Of a stretch of 49,558 nucleotides of DNA, positions 9,141 to 18,363 are shown piece after piece. The position numbers and the translations under genes are program-made. The stretch comes from an uncultured Bacteroidota bacterium (GTDB taxonomy: Bacteria > Bacteroidota > Bacteroidia > NS11-12g > UBA955): the NCBI GenBank assembly GCA_903879775.1, contig CAIRMY010000065.1, forward strand, positions 1 to 49,558, given 5' to 3'. How positions within the stretch are numbered: position 1 is the stretch's first letter; each line of letters begins with the position of its first letter. The notes beneath the pieces were generated by a model. The model made no database searches. It was not told where the DNA came from and saw only the letters and a list, made by a program, of their open reading frames with translations.

Positions 9141-12100
9141 TTATAGTGCCAAACGTACACCCAAACGAATTGTTCTTGGTGCATTCCAGTTGTTAGTTTG
9201 AGAGTTTAATAAAATTTTATACAAGTCGATATAACTTTGAGCATCAACTTGAGTTTTCACCAACAATTCACCTTGAGGAGAGTTTAAGAAACCATCGTCA
9301 TTGGGTTGTCCAGTATAAGGGAAAACTCCAACAACATTCCAAGTGTTTAACAAATTGTTAACCCATAAGAAAGCTGTAAATCTCAACGGTGCTTTACCAT
9401 CGCGCTTCAATTCAAATGCTTTTGAAATGTTCATATCAAAGTTATATTGCCAAGGCAAACGAGCACCAAATGGTACACCTTTAATTTGCGCACGGTCAAC
9501 AGCTCCAATTTGCACGGAACGTGTGGTTGGGGTATATGGACCTCCACTGTAAGTATTGCCAATGAAGTTGAATGAAGTATTTTTGAAAATTTCTTTTCCG
9601 AATAAAATTGGACCATTGTACATGTTTTTCTTAGAAACAAGATCTCTTCCTCCACCCCAAGCCCATGTTGCTGAAACTTTTAAGTTATGACGAATATCCA
9701 ATTCCCCTAAAGGAATTACATTTCTCAAGTTTGGCTGGTTACTTGCAATTAATGCAGCTTGTGAGTTAATGTTTGAGCCCGTACCATCTGCAAATTGCAT
9801 CATATAACTTACACTCATGTTTAAAGGACCAATATCCATCATGTTTAATGTACCTCTAAATCCAGTAATTGTTGAGAAGTCAATGTTCCTGATTGTTACA
9901 TAAGTTACAGGGTAACCATTGTTAATTTGGTATTGCCCAAAATCGTTTCTAATTTCAGAATATGATGCAGATAATTCAATACCTTTATCCCCTTTTCGTC
10001 CAAATATTTGCTTAAATCCAACTTCATAGTCGGTTTTTAAACGTGAACTCAAAGAACCATTTGAAATGGTAGAACCTTGTCTAAATTTCAAATAGTATAA
10101 TTCATCAATAGTTAAAAATGATGATCCTTGATCAGGACGTTGAGCCAACATATCATAACTCACATAGAATGTTTTTCTTTTATCTAGTGGGAAAGAGAAC
10201 CATACACGAGGCAATAAATTCATAATTGGAGTGTAATCCGTTAATGAATTTTCAGATAATTCTTGTTTGTTGTAATCGACCAAATAAGGAGCAATTTTAC
10301 CATTTGAAGTTTGGTTGGCTAAGAATTCAGGATTCTTTTGCTCACTACCATCGGCATTGTACCATCTGTCGCCATTTCTATATCCAATAACTTTCGTTGG
10401 AGATTGCATATCATTCACATAAACGGCATAATCAGAACCTATGTTTGAAGGATGCGCAACACCCAAGCCATTTAATTCTTTTACTTCATTTACAGTTCTG
10501 ATAGGATACAAAGAATATGCATCTTTCAAAACAGATTGATTTGCATCATAACGTTCCATACGCAAACCCATTCGGAAAATCAAATCTTTAAATTGGAACT
10601 GATCTTCTAACCATGCAGCCAAATATACCGGTTGAAAAGCACCAATGGTTCTTTTATCTTTATTGTTTAAGAACTCACTAATCGAAGGTTTACCTGTTAC
10701 TTTATTCCCTAAATGATCGTACCCAAAGTAGCTGGCATATCCGTTTCCGTTGTTTAACAACTCATCGGCGTTGAACATGCTTAAACTGAAATCAGAAGGA
10801 CTGTATTTGTTCACATCAACAAATGTTCTTTCGTCGATTTTCTTACCATAAACATCTACGCCATTTCCATCCATCAATTTCTTTCTGAATTCTCTATCGA
10901 AGTGTGATTGCTCACCATAGTTAATCAATCTATTGTATCGCACGGTGTCTGTAAATACTCCGTTTGCATCATAGCTCAAAATAGGATTATTCACGTCCAA
11001 TTCAGCAATGTGTTTGTTCATTAACTGACGCATCAAAATCCATAGACCATTTGCATTCAATGAATAACCTCTTACCATTGATTGCTCATAATACAATCCA
11101 GCTTGTAAGTCATGCGGAGCACGCTCAATACCACCAACCGTTTTTGGTTTAATTTGCATTTGACCCATTGCAAATACAGCATATTTTTCTGATTCTGATT
11201 TAGAAAAACCAGCAGTAATTCCTCCTGGAGTTCCGTGCAATGAGTAAACATTGTTCGGGTTGTAACCGTTTAATAATCCTTGGCTCATTAAAATCGACAA
11301 AGGATTTGTTATCTTACCCCCTCTCTCATTGTAATAGTTATAAATATTTTCAGTGTATTTAGATCTAACAGGGTTTTTCGAAACTGATTTATCAAAAATT
11401 AAAGCAGTATCTATAAATCCTTGTTGTTCCCAATAGTTTCTCAATTGAACTGTGTTACCATATTGGTCTCTCACAATTTTAGGCTCTTTGTTCGGATTTT
11501 GCTGCGCATCGTAGTTCGAATAAGCAAAAAAATCAGTTGGTTTCGCTGTAAATGATCCAATATAACCATAGTCAAAAATATTGTCCATATGCACAGCATC
11601 TTTTCCACCATTTCTTGCATTTTGGTATTCAGCACGAATTGTATAGAATGCACTTTTCACCGTGCTTTCTTTGTTCACTTTGAAGTTCTGTGTGAATTGC
11701 AAATATGAACGAATTGTTTGTGATTCGTTGAATGAATTATTCTGAAAGTTCATGATAGAGTTAGATACCGCTCTTCCACCACTGTAAAAGTAACTGGCAT
11801 ACCCAGTTAAAGAAGTTAAATTAGTGGGTTTATATTCCAATTTACCAATAAAGTTTCCATTGTATTGCGAAGAATTTGGTCTAGCAGCAACAACATTAAA
11901 GTCAGATTCTCTCAAATATGATGCAGCATGGATAAAACCATTCGGCGTACTAATTAATGGATTCTCTTCTATTTGCTTCATTTTTTCGTCTTTCAACACA
12001 TATACACCTGTTCTTGTTGGCGAAGGATCAACATAATATCCAACGTTTCCGTTCAATGTATAACCCAGTTTAACCATATTCTTTGGTTTTCCATCAACTG

Positions 12101-12881
12101 TAACTCTCTTTTTCCATAATGGACCAGAAACGAACCCTTCAAATGTATTGAAACCATATGGATCTAAACCTGTTGATGTAATTCCTTCAAACATCGCTAC
12201 AACTTTTTCGGTTGCGCTTTTAGAGGTTAATGTAAATGCACCCCCTGTTAAATCACCATACATCGCACGAATACCACCAATGCTAACTGCCAACTGATCT
12301 GTACCAAGAGAAGGCAATGAACCTCCACCAATAATTGGAACACCATCAATAAATGTTTTACTTGCATCGGCACGTGAACCACGAACTGAAATCCCTTGAC
12401 GAGATTCAATAATACCCGCATTGGTTGCAATTAAAGCACCAGTTCCACGACGGCCACCGTCTAAGGTTTTACCACCATCTATTGGCGTTCCAATGCCTAT
12501 CATGTTAATTGGGGTTTTCTTTTTGGTTGTGATAATAACCTCTTTTTGACCCTTTAACATCACCACTTCGTATTCCTTGTTCAAGCCTGGCACCAACGTT
12601 AGTCCTTTCTCAGTCATGGATGAAAAACCATCCTTAAAAAAGGCCAAATCATAAGTTCCGGGACTCAATGTTTGGAACAATGCATTTCCATCGTTGTCGG
12701 TTGTGTCTGAACTTTGTTCAATTCCGTTCAAACTCATCGAAACTTTAACACCGCTAAGAGATTTTCCATCTCCGTCAACTGCCTTTACCCTAAAATCTGC
12801 AAAGGATGTCTGAGCATTCAACCAACCACAAAACAATCCAAATGTGGCTAAAAATGCTATGCGTAGTAATTTATACTTCAT
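9141..12881 (-). CDS. TonB-dependent-receptor-like outer-membrane protein with N-terminal carboxypeptidase-regulatory-like domain
   Basis: 1246 aa. Signal peptide ends ...CGWLNA-Q. CarboxypepD_reg-like segment VKAVDGDGKSLSGVKVSMSLNG...DNDGNALFQTLSPGTYDLAFFKDGF. Plug-like segment ISVRGSRADASKTFIDGVPI...GGIRAMYGDLTGGAFTLTSK. The rest is long and barrel-like, ending RTIRLGVRLAL. Confidence 0.7.
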   Translation of the reverse strand: MKYKLLRIAFLATFGLFCGWLNAQTSFADFRVKAVDGDGKSLSGVKVSMSLNGIEQSSDTTDNDGNALFQTLSPGTYDLAFFKDGFSSMTEKGLTLVPGLNKEYEVVMLKGQKEVIITTKKKTPINMIGIGTPIDGGKTLDGGRRGTGALIATNAGIIESRQGISVRGSRADASKTFIDGVPIIGGGSLPSLGTDQLAVSIGGIRAMYGDLTGGAFTLTSKSATEKVVAMFEGITSTGLDPYGFNTFEGFVSGPLWKKRVTVDGKPKNMVKLGYTLNGNVGYYVDPSPTRTGVYVLKDEKMKQIEENPLISTPNGFIHAASYLRESDFNVVAARPNSSQYNGNFIGKLEYKPTNLTSLTGYASYFYSGGRAVSNSIMNFQNNSFNESQTIRSYLQFTQNFKVNKESTVKSAFYTIRAEYQNARNGGKDAVHMDNIFDYGYIGSFTAKPTDFFAYSNYDAQQNPNKEPKIVRDQYGNTVQLRNYWEQQGFIDTALIFDKSVSKNPVRSKYTENIYNYYNERGGKITNPLSILMSQGLLNGYNPNNVYSLHGTPGGITAGFSKSESEKYAVFAMGQMQIKPKTVGGIERAPHDLQAGLYYEQSMVRGYSLNANGLWILMRQLMNKHIAELDVNNPILSYDANGVFTDTVRYNRLINYGEQSHFDREFRKKLMDGNGVDVYGKKIDERTFVDVNKYSPSDFSLSMFNADELLNNGNGYASYFGYDHLGNKVTGKPSISEFLNNKDKRTIGAFQPVYLAAWLEDQFQFKDLIFRMGLRMERYDANQSVLKDAYSLYPIRTVNEVKELNGLGVAHPSNIGSDYAVYVNDMQSPTKVIGYRNGDRWYNADGSEQKNPEFLANQTSNGKIAPYLVDYNKQELSENSLTDYTPIMNLLPRVWFSFPLDKRKTFYVSYDMLAQRPDQGSSFLTIDELYYLKFRQGSTISNGSLSSRLKTDYEVGFKQIFGRKGDKGIELSASYSEIRNDFGQYQINNGYPVTYVTIRNIDFSTITGFRGTLNMMDIGPLNMSVSYMMQFADGTGSNINSQAALIASNQPNLRNVIPLGELDIRHNLKVSATWAWGGGRDLVSKKNMYNGPILFGKEIFKNTSFNFIGNTYSGGPYTPTTRSVQIGAVDRAQIKGVPFGARLPWQYNFDMNISKAFELKRDGKAPLRFTAFLWVNNLLNTWNVVGVFPYTGQPNDDGFLNSPQGELLVKTQVDAQSYIDLYKILLNSQTNNWNAPRTIRLGVRLAL

Positions 12882-13042
12882 ATCAACTTCTTTATTCTTT
12901 TAAATTTACATTAATCGATTAACACCGACCTTTCATCGGCAAGTTTACCCAAAAAACAAGGATTTAACAAGTTTATTTTAACATAAGCCTGAGTTTTTGT
13001 AAAATTATTTTTTTTTACTTTCATCTATTTTTTTTAAAAAAA

Positions 13043-13993
13043 TTACATTATATTATTGTATTTCAATATTTTAGCCAACAAAAATTGCGAAATTCTTTCG
13101 TAGCTTTCAATTGTCCACCCTCCAATGTGTGGACTTAAAATCACATTCTTAAAATCAAATAATTTTTGTAACATTTTTCGGTCTATTTCGTTGCTCTTTG
13201 AAGGGGGTTCTGTTGGTAAAACATCAGCGCCGAATCCGATGAGTTTACCTGAATTTAAAAACTTCACAACACTTTGTATATCAACTATTTTACCTCTAGA
13301 AAGGTTCAATAATATGAATGGTTTTTTTACATTATTTATAAAATTATCATCAACCAAATTCTCTGTTTCTTTTGTCAAAGGAATATGCAACGAAATCACA
13401 TCAGATTTATCTAATAATCTGCTTAAATCAACCTCTGTCACATTTTCGTCACTAAATTTCGTTTTGTATTTATCATAGGCTAAAATTTCAACGCCAAAGC
13501 CAATCAATTTTTGAGCCACTGACATTCCAGTATTTCCGTACCCTATAATTCCAACCGTTTTTCCCTTTAACTCAAAGCCGCGATTCCCTTCTCTATCCCA
13601 TTGAAATTGAACAACTTCATTGTGAGATTTTACCAAATTCGTATGAATTGCCAACAACATCCCTAAGGTTTGTTCCCCAACAGCATCTGAATTCGCATTT
13701 TCCGAGTTCATTAAATAAACACCAGCATTTTGAGCAGCATCTTCATCTATATTATCCATGCCAGCACCAGCCCTGGCAATCCATTCTATGCTGCTACATT
13801 GTTCAAAAAAAGCTTGGTCCAAATACATTTTAGACCGGATAACAAGTCCCTCAAAACCAATAGATTGAATAAACGAAACGATTTCATTTTGATTCAAATC
13901 TGGACGGTAATGTACATCAAAGTTTTCGGCAATGAGGCCATGGACCAGACATTGGTGCACATCGTCAACAATTAAAACTTTTTGCAACAACAT
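13043..13993 (-). CDS. D-isomer-specific 2-hydroxyacid dehydrogenase (phosphoglycerate-dehydrogenase-like, no ACT domain)
   Basis: NAD fold GKTVGIIGYGNTGMSVAQKL, plus SLHIPLT, LLNLSRGKIVD and PHIGGWT motifs. The ATG overlaps the accC TAA stop by 1 nt (TAATG). Confidence 0.8.
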   Translation of the reverse strand: MLLQKVLIVDDVHQCLVHGLIAENFDVHYRPDLNQNEIVSFIQSIGFEGLVIRSKMYLDQAFFEQCSSIEWIARAGAGMDNIDEDAAQNAGVYLMNSENANSDAVGEQTLGMLLAIHTNLVKSHNEVVQFQWDREGNRGFELKGKTVGIIGYGNTGMSVAQKLIGFGVEILAYDKYKTKFSDENVTEVDLSRLLDKSDVISLHIPLTKETENLVDDNFINNVKKPFILLNLSRGKIVDIQSVVKFLNSGKLIGFGADVLPTEPPSKSNEIDRKMLQKLFDFKNVILSPHIGGWTIESYERISQFLLAKILKYNNIM

Positions 13994-15492
13994 TAATATT
14001 CTTTGCGGCTATGAAACCATTTGCTCTCAGAATGATCCGTAGCGGAAACTGCGGAAATATTTTCAGATTTATTTTGCATAAAGAATGAAACAGCAGCGCT
14101 TGCTAAAACCGATAATTCCTCGTCGGTCATCTCAACATTCTTCATCTCTTCAGGGTTAAAAAATTTTTGAATAAAATGAGTATCAAACTTCCCCGACAAA
14201 AATGCATCATGCGTGAGCACAAATTCACCAAAGCTTAAAGTGGTTTCAATACCGGTAATCACGTACTCTTTAATGGCTCTTCTCAATCGCTCAATGGCTT
14301 GTTCACGTGTACTTCCCCAAGCAATTAATTTAGCGAGCATATTGTCGTAGTAAATTGGAATTTCCATATTGGATTCCATACAATCATCTACACGAATTCC
14401 TGGTCCGTTTGGAACCAAATATTGATTTACTTTTCCAATATTGGGTAAAAATTGCTGAAATGGATCTTCGGCACAGACCCTCAATTCAATGGCATGGCCA
14501 TTGATTTTCAAGTCTTCTTGTTTGAACGATAAAGGAAGTCCATACGCAACATTAATTTGCTCGCGCACCAAATCAAGACCTGTAATCATTTCAGTCACTG
14601 GATGCTCTACTTGTAAACGGGTATTCATTTCTAGGAAATAGAAAGATTCACCATCGCCCAATAGAAACTCAACTGTACCTGCGCCAGTGTAATTACATGA
14701 GCGAGCAACATTTACAGCTGCTTCCCCCATTTTAGCCCTTAAGCTAGGCGTTAAAGCAGCACTGGGAGCTTCTTCCACTAACTTTTGGTGACGGCGCTGA
14801 ATGCTACATTCACGTTCAAATAAATGACATACATTACCAAAGTTATCGGCCATAATTTGAAACTCAATGTGACGAGGGCTGCCTACATATTTTTCAATAA
14901 ACACGCTATCATCTCCGAAGGCACTTCTAGCTTCATTTTGCGCCATTTGCAATGCGCTTAAAAACTCTTCTTTCTTTTCAACAATGCGCATTCCTTTTCC
15001 ACCACCACCAGCAGAAGCCTTCACCAGAACTGGGAAACCAACTTCAATTGCAACTTGCATGGCTGCGTTAGCATCCACAATGGCTTCATTGATTCCAGGA
15101 ACCAACGGAACACCAAATTTCTCAACAGCTTGCTTACTGGCAATTTTACTTCCCATGACTTCCATGGCTTGCGCAGTTGGCCCTATAAGAACAATGTTAT
15201 TTTCCTTTAATTTATTTGCAAAAACAGCATTTTCAGACAAAAAACCATAACCTGGATGCACTGCTTCAGCACCAGTTTCTATACATAAATCAATGATTGT
15301 GTCCATTTTCAAATAACTTTCATTTGAAGGAGCTTTACCAATGCAATATGCTTCATCGGCATAGCGAACATGACGCGCATTTGCATCAGCTTCACTGTAA
15401 ACAGCAACTGTTTGAATGCCCATTTCACGGCAAGTACGCATTACACGGATTGCAATTTCTCCGCGATTTGCAACTAATATCTTTTTAAACAT
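13993..15492 (-). CDS. accC: Biotin carboxylase (acetyl/acyl-CoA carboxylase subunit)
   Basis: Motifs MFKKILVANRGEIAIRV, GGGGKGMRIV and EMNTRLQVEHPVTE. The track start TTG 15501 adds 3 codons; ATG 15492 gives the canonical N-terminus. Confidence 0.9.
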   Translation of the reverse strand: MFKKILVANRGEIAIRVMRTCREMGIQTVAVYSEADANARHVRYADEAYCIGKAPSNESYLKMDTIIDLCIETGAEAVHPGYGFLSENAVFANKLKENNIVLIGPTAQAMEVMGSKIASKQAVEKFGVPLVPGINEAIVDANAAMQVAIEVGFPVLVKASAGGGGKGMRIVEKKEEFLSALQMAQNEARSAFGDDSVFIEKYVGSPRHIEFQIMADNFGNVCHLFERECSIQRRHQKLVEEAPSAALTPSLRAKMGEAAVNVARSCNYTGAGTVEFLLGDGESFYFLEMNTRLQVEHPVTEMITGLDLVREQINVAYGLPLSFKQEDLKINGHAIELRVCAEDPFQQFLPNIGKVNQYLVPNGPGIRVDDCMESNMEIPIYYDNMLAKLIAWGSTREQAIERLRRAIKEYVITGIETTLSFGEFVLTHDAFLSGKFDTHFIQKFFNPEEMKNVEMTDEELSVLASAAVSFFMQNKSENISAVSATDHSESKWFHSRKEY

Positions 15493-15565
15493 GTTCTTCA
15501 AATAAAATTATTGATGAAATCACAATCTCTTAATATTCTGATTTAACTTCGCAAAGTTAAAAAAG

Positions 15566-16234
15566 ATGAACAGTATTGCCAAGGTAATTTCATTAATTAA
15601 AATTGAGTGGGCTTTAGACTTCAAAAAGCCTGCAATTTTAGCGAGTGCAATCCTTCAAATGGCTGTTATGTCATTGCTTTCAATGCTATCATTAATGTCG
15701 CATGTTACAAACATGTCTCGAGCTTGGAACAGTTTATTCTGGATTACACTCATTTTCTGCACATTACAAGCAATTTCAAAAAACTTTCTCACTGTTTCAC
15801 GCAATCGTTGGATTTATTGGAACCAAGTATCAGCACCCACTCAAATACTGTGGTCCAAAATTATTTATGGCTGGAGCACAATGATTATACTCACACTCAT
15901 TAACCTCACCTTTTTTAGCTGGTTCATGGGAATGCCAGTGATTCATCTCTGGGCTTATTTCAAAATTTTAATTTTGGTAACCGGAGGAATATCTACGGTC
16001 TTTACCTTTATTGGTGCCATTGCCTCGAAAGCAAACCAAGCAGGATTTTTAGCGCCTGTTTTAAGCTTACCCGTAATCTTACCGCTGATACTTTTGGGCA
16101 TTAAAGCTTCTAACAAAGCTTTTAACCCAATTTTAATGAGCTCTGTGAATAAGGATATTTATATGCTGACAGCACTCAATGGTCTTATTTTAGTGCTATC
16201 AGGCATACTTTTCACTTCACTTTGGAAGGAATAA
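15566..16234 (+). CDS. ccmB: CcmB-like heme-exporter / ABC-type permease
   Basis: 222 aa with about six hydrophobic helices. The PVLSLPVILPLILLG segment resembles the conserved CcmB helix. No ccmA or ccmC lies beside it. Confidence 0.5.
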   Translation: MNSIAKVISLIKIEWALDFKKPAILASAILQMAVMSLLSMLSLMSHVTNMSRAWNSLFWITLIFCTLQAISKNFLTVSRNRWIYWNQVSAPTQILWSKIIYGWSTMIILTLINLTFFSWFMGMPVIHLWAYFKILILVTGGISTVFTFIGAIASKANQAGFLAPVLSLPVILPLILLGIKASNKAFNPILMSSVNKDIYMLTALNGLILVLSGILFTSLWKE

Positions 16235-16239
16235 TTAAA

Positions 16240-18336
16240 TTATTTACGCTCACTCCAATCGTACAGAATTTGGATCGATTCATCCAAACCAGCATCTTTC
16301 ATGTACCGCTTAATCCAATCAAGCTTTTGAGCCTTTTTCAACTCGTCGTTTTTCACTTCGTCTAAATCAATAGGCAATGCAAATGCAGTATCTATAACCC
16401 TTTTGTATTTGTAGTCACGGAAATACTTGTCTTGCTCTTTAATTTGCGTTTGTTGAGATTTATATCCGTCCAAATTAAGACAATATGAAAACGAATTTCG
16501 CATTTTGGCCAATTCCGTCGCTCGCTTTGAAATTAATTTGTAATATTCATTTTTCTGGGTGCGCATAATTGCTGATTTTACGATGTCAGCACGGTTTTTA
16601 TTGTTAAATAATTTATACTCAGCTGCAGGAATTTTATCATACGGCATATGATAATCCATTTCCTTTTCACCTTGCTCAATTCCATCATAAATATCTGGTA
16701 AAATTACATCTGGAACAACTCCATATAATTGAGTTGTACCCCCATTGATTCTGTAAAATTTTTGAATCGTAACTTTAACTTCTCCATAACCTTTTGGAAA
16801 AATTGGAGATTTGCCGCTTGGCAATGGCATCATTGTTTGAACAGTTCCCTTGCCAAATGTTGTATTCGTACCAACAATCACTGCACGTTGGTAATCTTGT
16901 AGCGCAGCAGCTAAAATTTCTGAAGCCGATGCACTGTAAGTATTTGTAAGGATAACCAAAGGGCCAGCATATTGAATTTCTGGATCTGGGTCTGGTGCTT
17001 GTTGAATGCGTTGACTAGGATCTTTTACTTGAACAATTGGACCTTCCTCAATAAATAAACCACTCATATCAATCGCATCTGCCAAACTTCCACCGCCATT
17101 GTTTCTTAAATCCAATACAATACCATCTACTTTTTCCATTTTCAGCTTCTCTAGTTCAATTCGAATGTCTTCAGAACTATGCCTACCACGACCTTGAGCA
17201 GCAAAATCGGCATAAAAACTTGGCAGTTGTATCAAACCAAATCGTTTCCCTTTAAAACTAACAATTGCACTACGCGCATAACTTTCTTCAATCACCACAA
17301 CTTCACGAATAATTGGAATAACCTGAATGGTGCCATCTGGTTTTTTAACCGTTAAACGAACCTCAGTGCCTTTTTTACCTCTAATCAATTGAATGGCATC
17401 ATCCAATTTCATGTCAACAATATCTACAGCGTCAGCAGCACCTTGTGCAACTTTCAAAATAAGGTCTCCGGCTTTCAATTCGCCCTGACGCGCAGAAGCG
17501 CTTCCCGGCACAATTCTTTCGACCTTTACATAACCGTCTTTTTCACTTAAAGTAGCCCCAATTCCTTCCAATTTACCTGTCATAGAAATATCAAAATTGG
17601 CTTTATCTTCAGGTGGGAAATAATTAGAATGTGGATCGTAAACCTCAGTGATACAATTTGCATAAAGACTCAATTTGTCTTTTTGGTCCATTTTTCTCCA
17701 ACGCTTAAACCAATCTTTACAAAATTTCAAGGTTTCGTTTCGCGACTTTAATTCTAATGTGTCGAATGGCAATATTTTTATCACAGCAGAATCCTTCTTC
17801 TGCTTTACATTTTCTTGATCCTCAATTTTACGATAAAGTCTATCGATTGTTTGATACTGTAACCAATTTTTCCAATCCTGCTCCAAAGCATCAATATTGG
17901 GTTTATATTTCAAAATTTTCTCAGAAACAACATAATTGCTATTGGATTTATAATTTAAAGGTTTCGAAAGCTCTTTGTCAATCATTGGCTCGATGGTATT
18001 CAAACGCACCATTAAAATTGACCAGGCGGAATCTAAAAAATCGTAACGGCCAACCTTTAATTGATCGTCGATACTCTTTTTGAAAACAGAAAGTTTATCA
18101 ATATCACCTTGTGTAAAGAAATGCTTGTCGTCATCTAAATTTTTCAAAACATTGTTGAAGACCATTTCTGAGAACTGATCGTTTAACTTGTATGGCGAAT
18201 AATGTTCAGTGCTCATTACATCTGTCAAGCGAATTAACAAAGGTTCATTCCCATTTAATTGCTTATTGCTGCAAAATACCAATACTGCCATTACCGCCGA
18301 CACACTTGTGAGCGACAACCATTTATTTATTTTCAT
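16240..18336 (-). CDS. S41-family carboxy-terminal processing (tail-specific) peptidase
   Basis: PDZ segment GIGATLSEKDGYVKVERIVPGSASARQGELKAGDLILKV. LDLRNNGGGSL motif. Catalytic-Ser region TYSASASEILAAAL and Lys region TFGKGTVQ. N-terminal signal with a possible lipobox Cys (VLVFCSN). Confidence 0.85.
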   Translation of the reverse strand: MKINKWLSLTSVSAVMAVLVFCSNKQLNGNEPLLIRLTDVMSTEHYSPYKLNDQFSEMVFNNVLKNLDDDKHFFTQGDIDKLSVFKKSIDDQLKVGRYDFLDSAWSILMVRLNTIEPMIDKELSKPLNYKSNSNYVVSEKILKYKPNIDALEQDWKNWLQYQTIDRLYRKIEDQENVKQKKDSAVIKILPFDTLELKSRNETLKFCKDWFKRWRKMDQKDKLSLYANCITEVYDPHSNYFPPEDKANFDISMTGKLEGIGATLSEKDGYVKVERIVPGSASARQGELKAGDLILKVAQGAADAVDIVDMKLDDAIQLIRGKKGTEVRLTVKKPDGTIQVIPIIREVVVIEESYARSAIVSFKGKRFGLIQLPSFYADFAAQGRGRHSSEDIRIELEKLKMEKVDGIVLDLRNNGGGSLADAIDMSGLFIEEGPIVQVKDPSQRIQQAPDPDPEIQYAGPLVILTNTYSASASEILAAALQDYQRAVIVGTNTTFGKGTVQTMMPLPSGKSPIFPKGYGEVKVTIQKFYRINGGTTQLYGVVPDVILPDIYDGIEQGEKEMDYHMPYDKIPAAEYKLFNNKNRADIVKSAIMRTQKNEYYKLISKRATELAKMRNSFSYCLNLDGYKSQQTQIKEQDKYFRDYKYKRVIDTAFALPIDLDEVKNDELKKAQKLDWIKRYMKDAGLDESIQILYDWSERK

Positions 18337-18363
18337 GAATTTTAAAACTAATTATCTCCTGAA

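Noticed and set aside
12911-12922. Perfect 12-bp palindrome TTAATCGATTAA 30-41 nt upstream of the TBDT-like gene. There is also an AT-rich inverted repeat, tttaatat-N7-atattaaa, at 22687-22709.
   Set aside because: Short A/T-rich palindromes are expected by chance many times in a low-GC 50-kb window. There is no second copy or supporting context.
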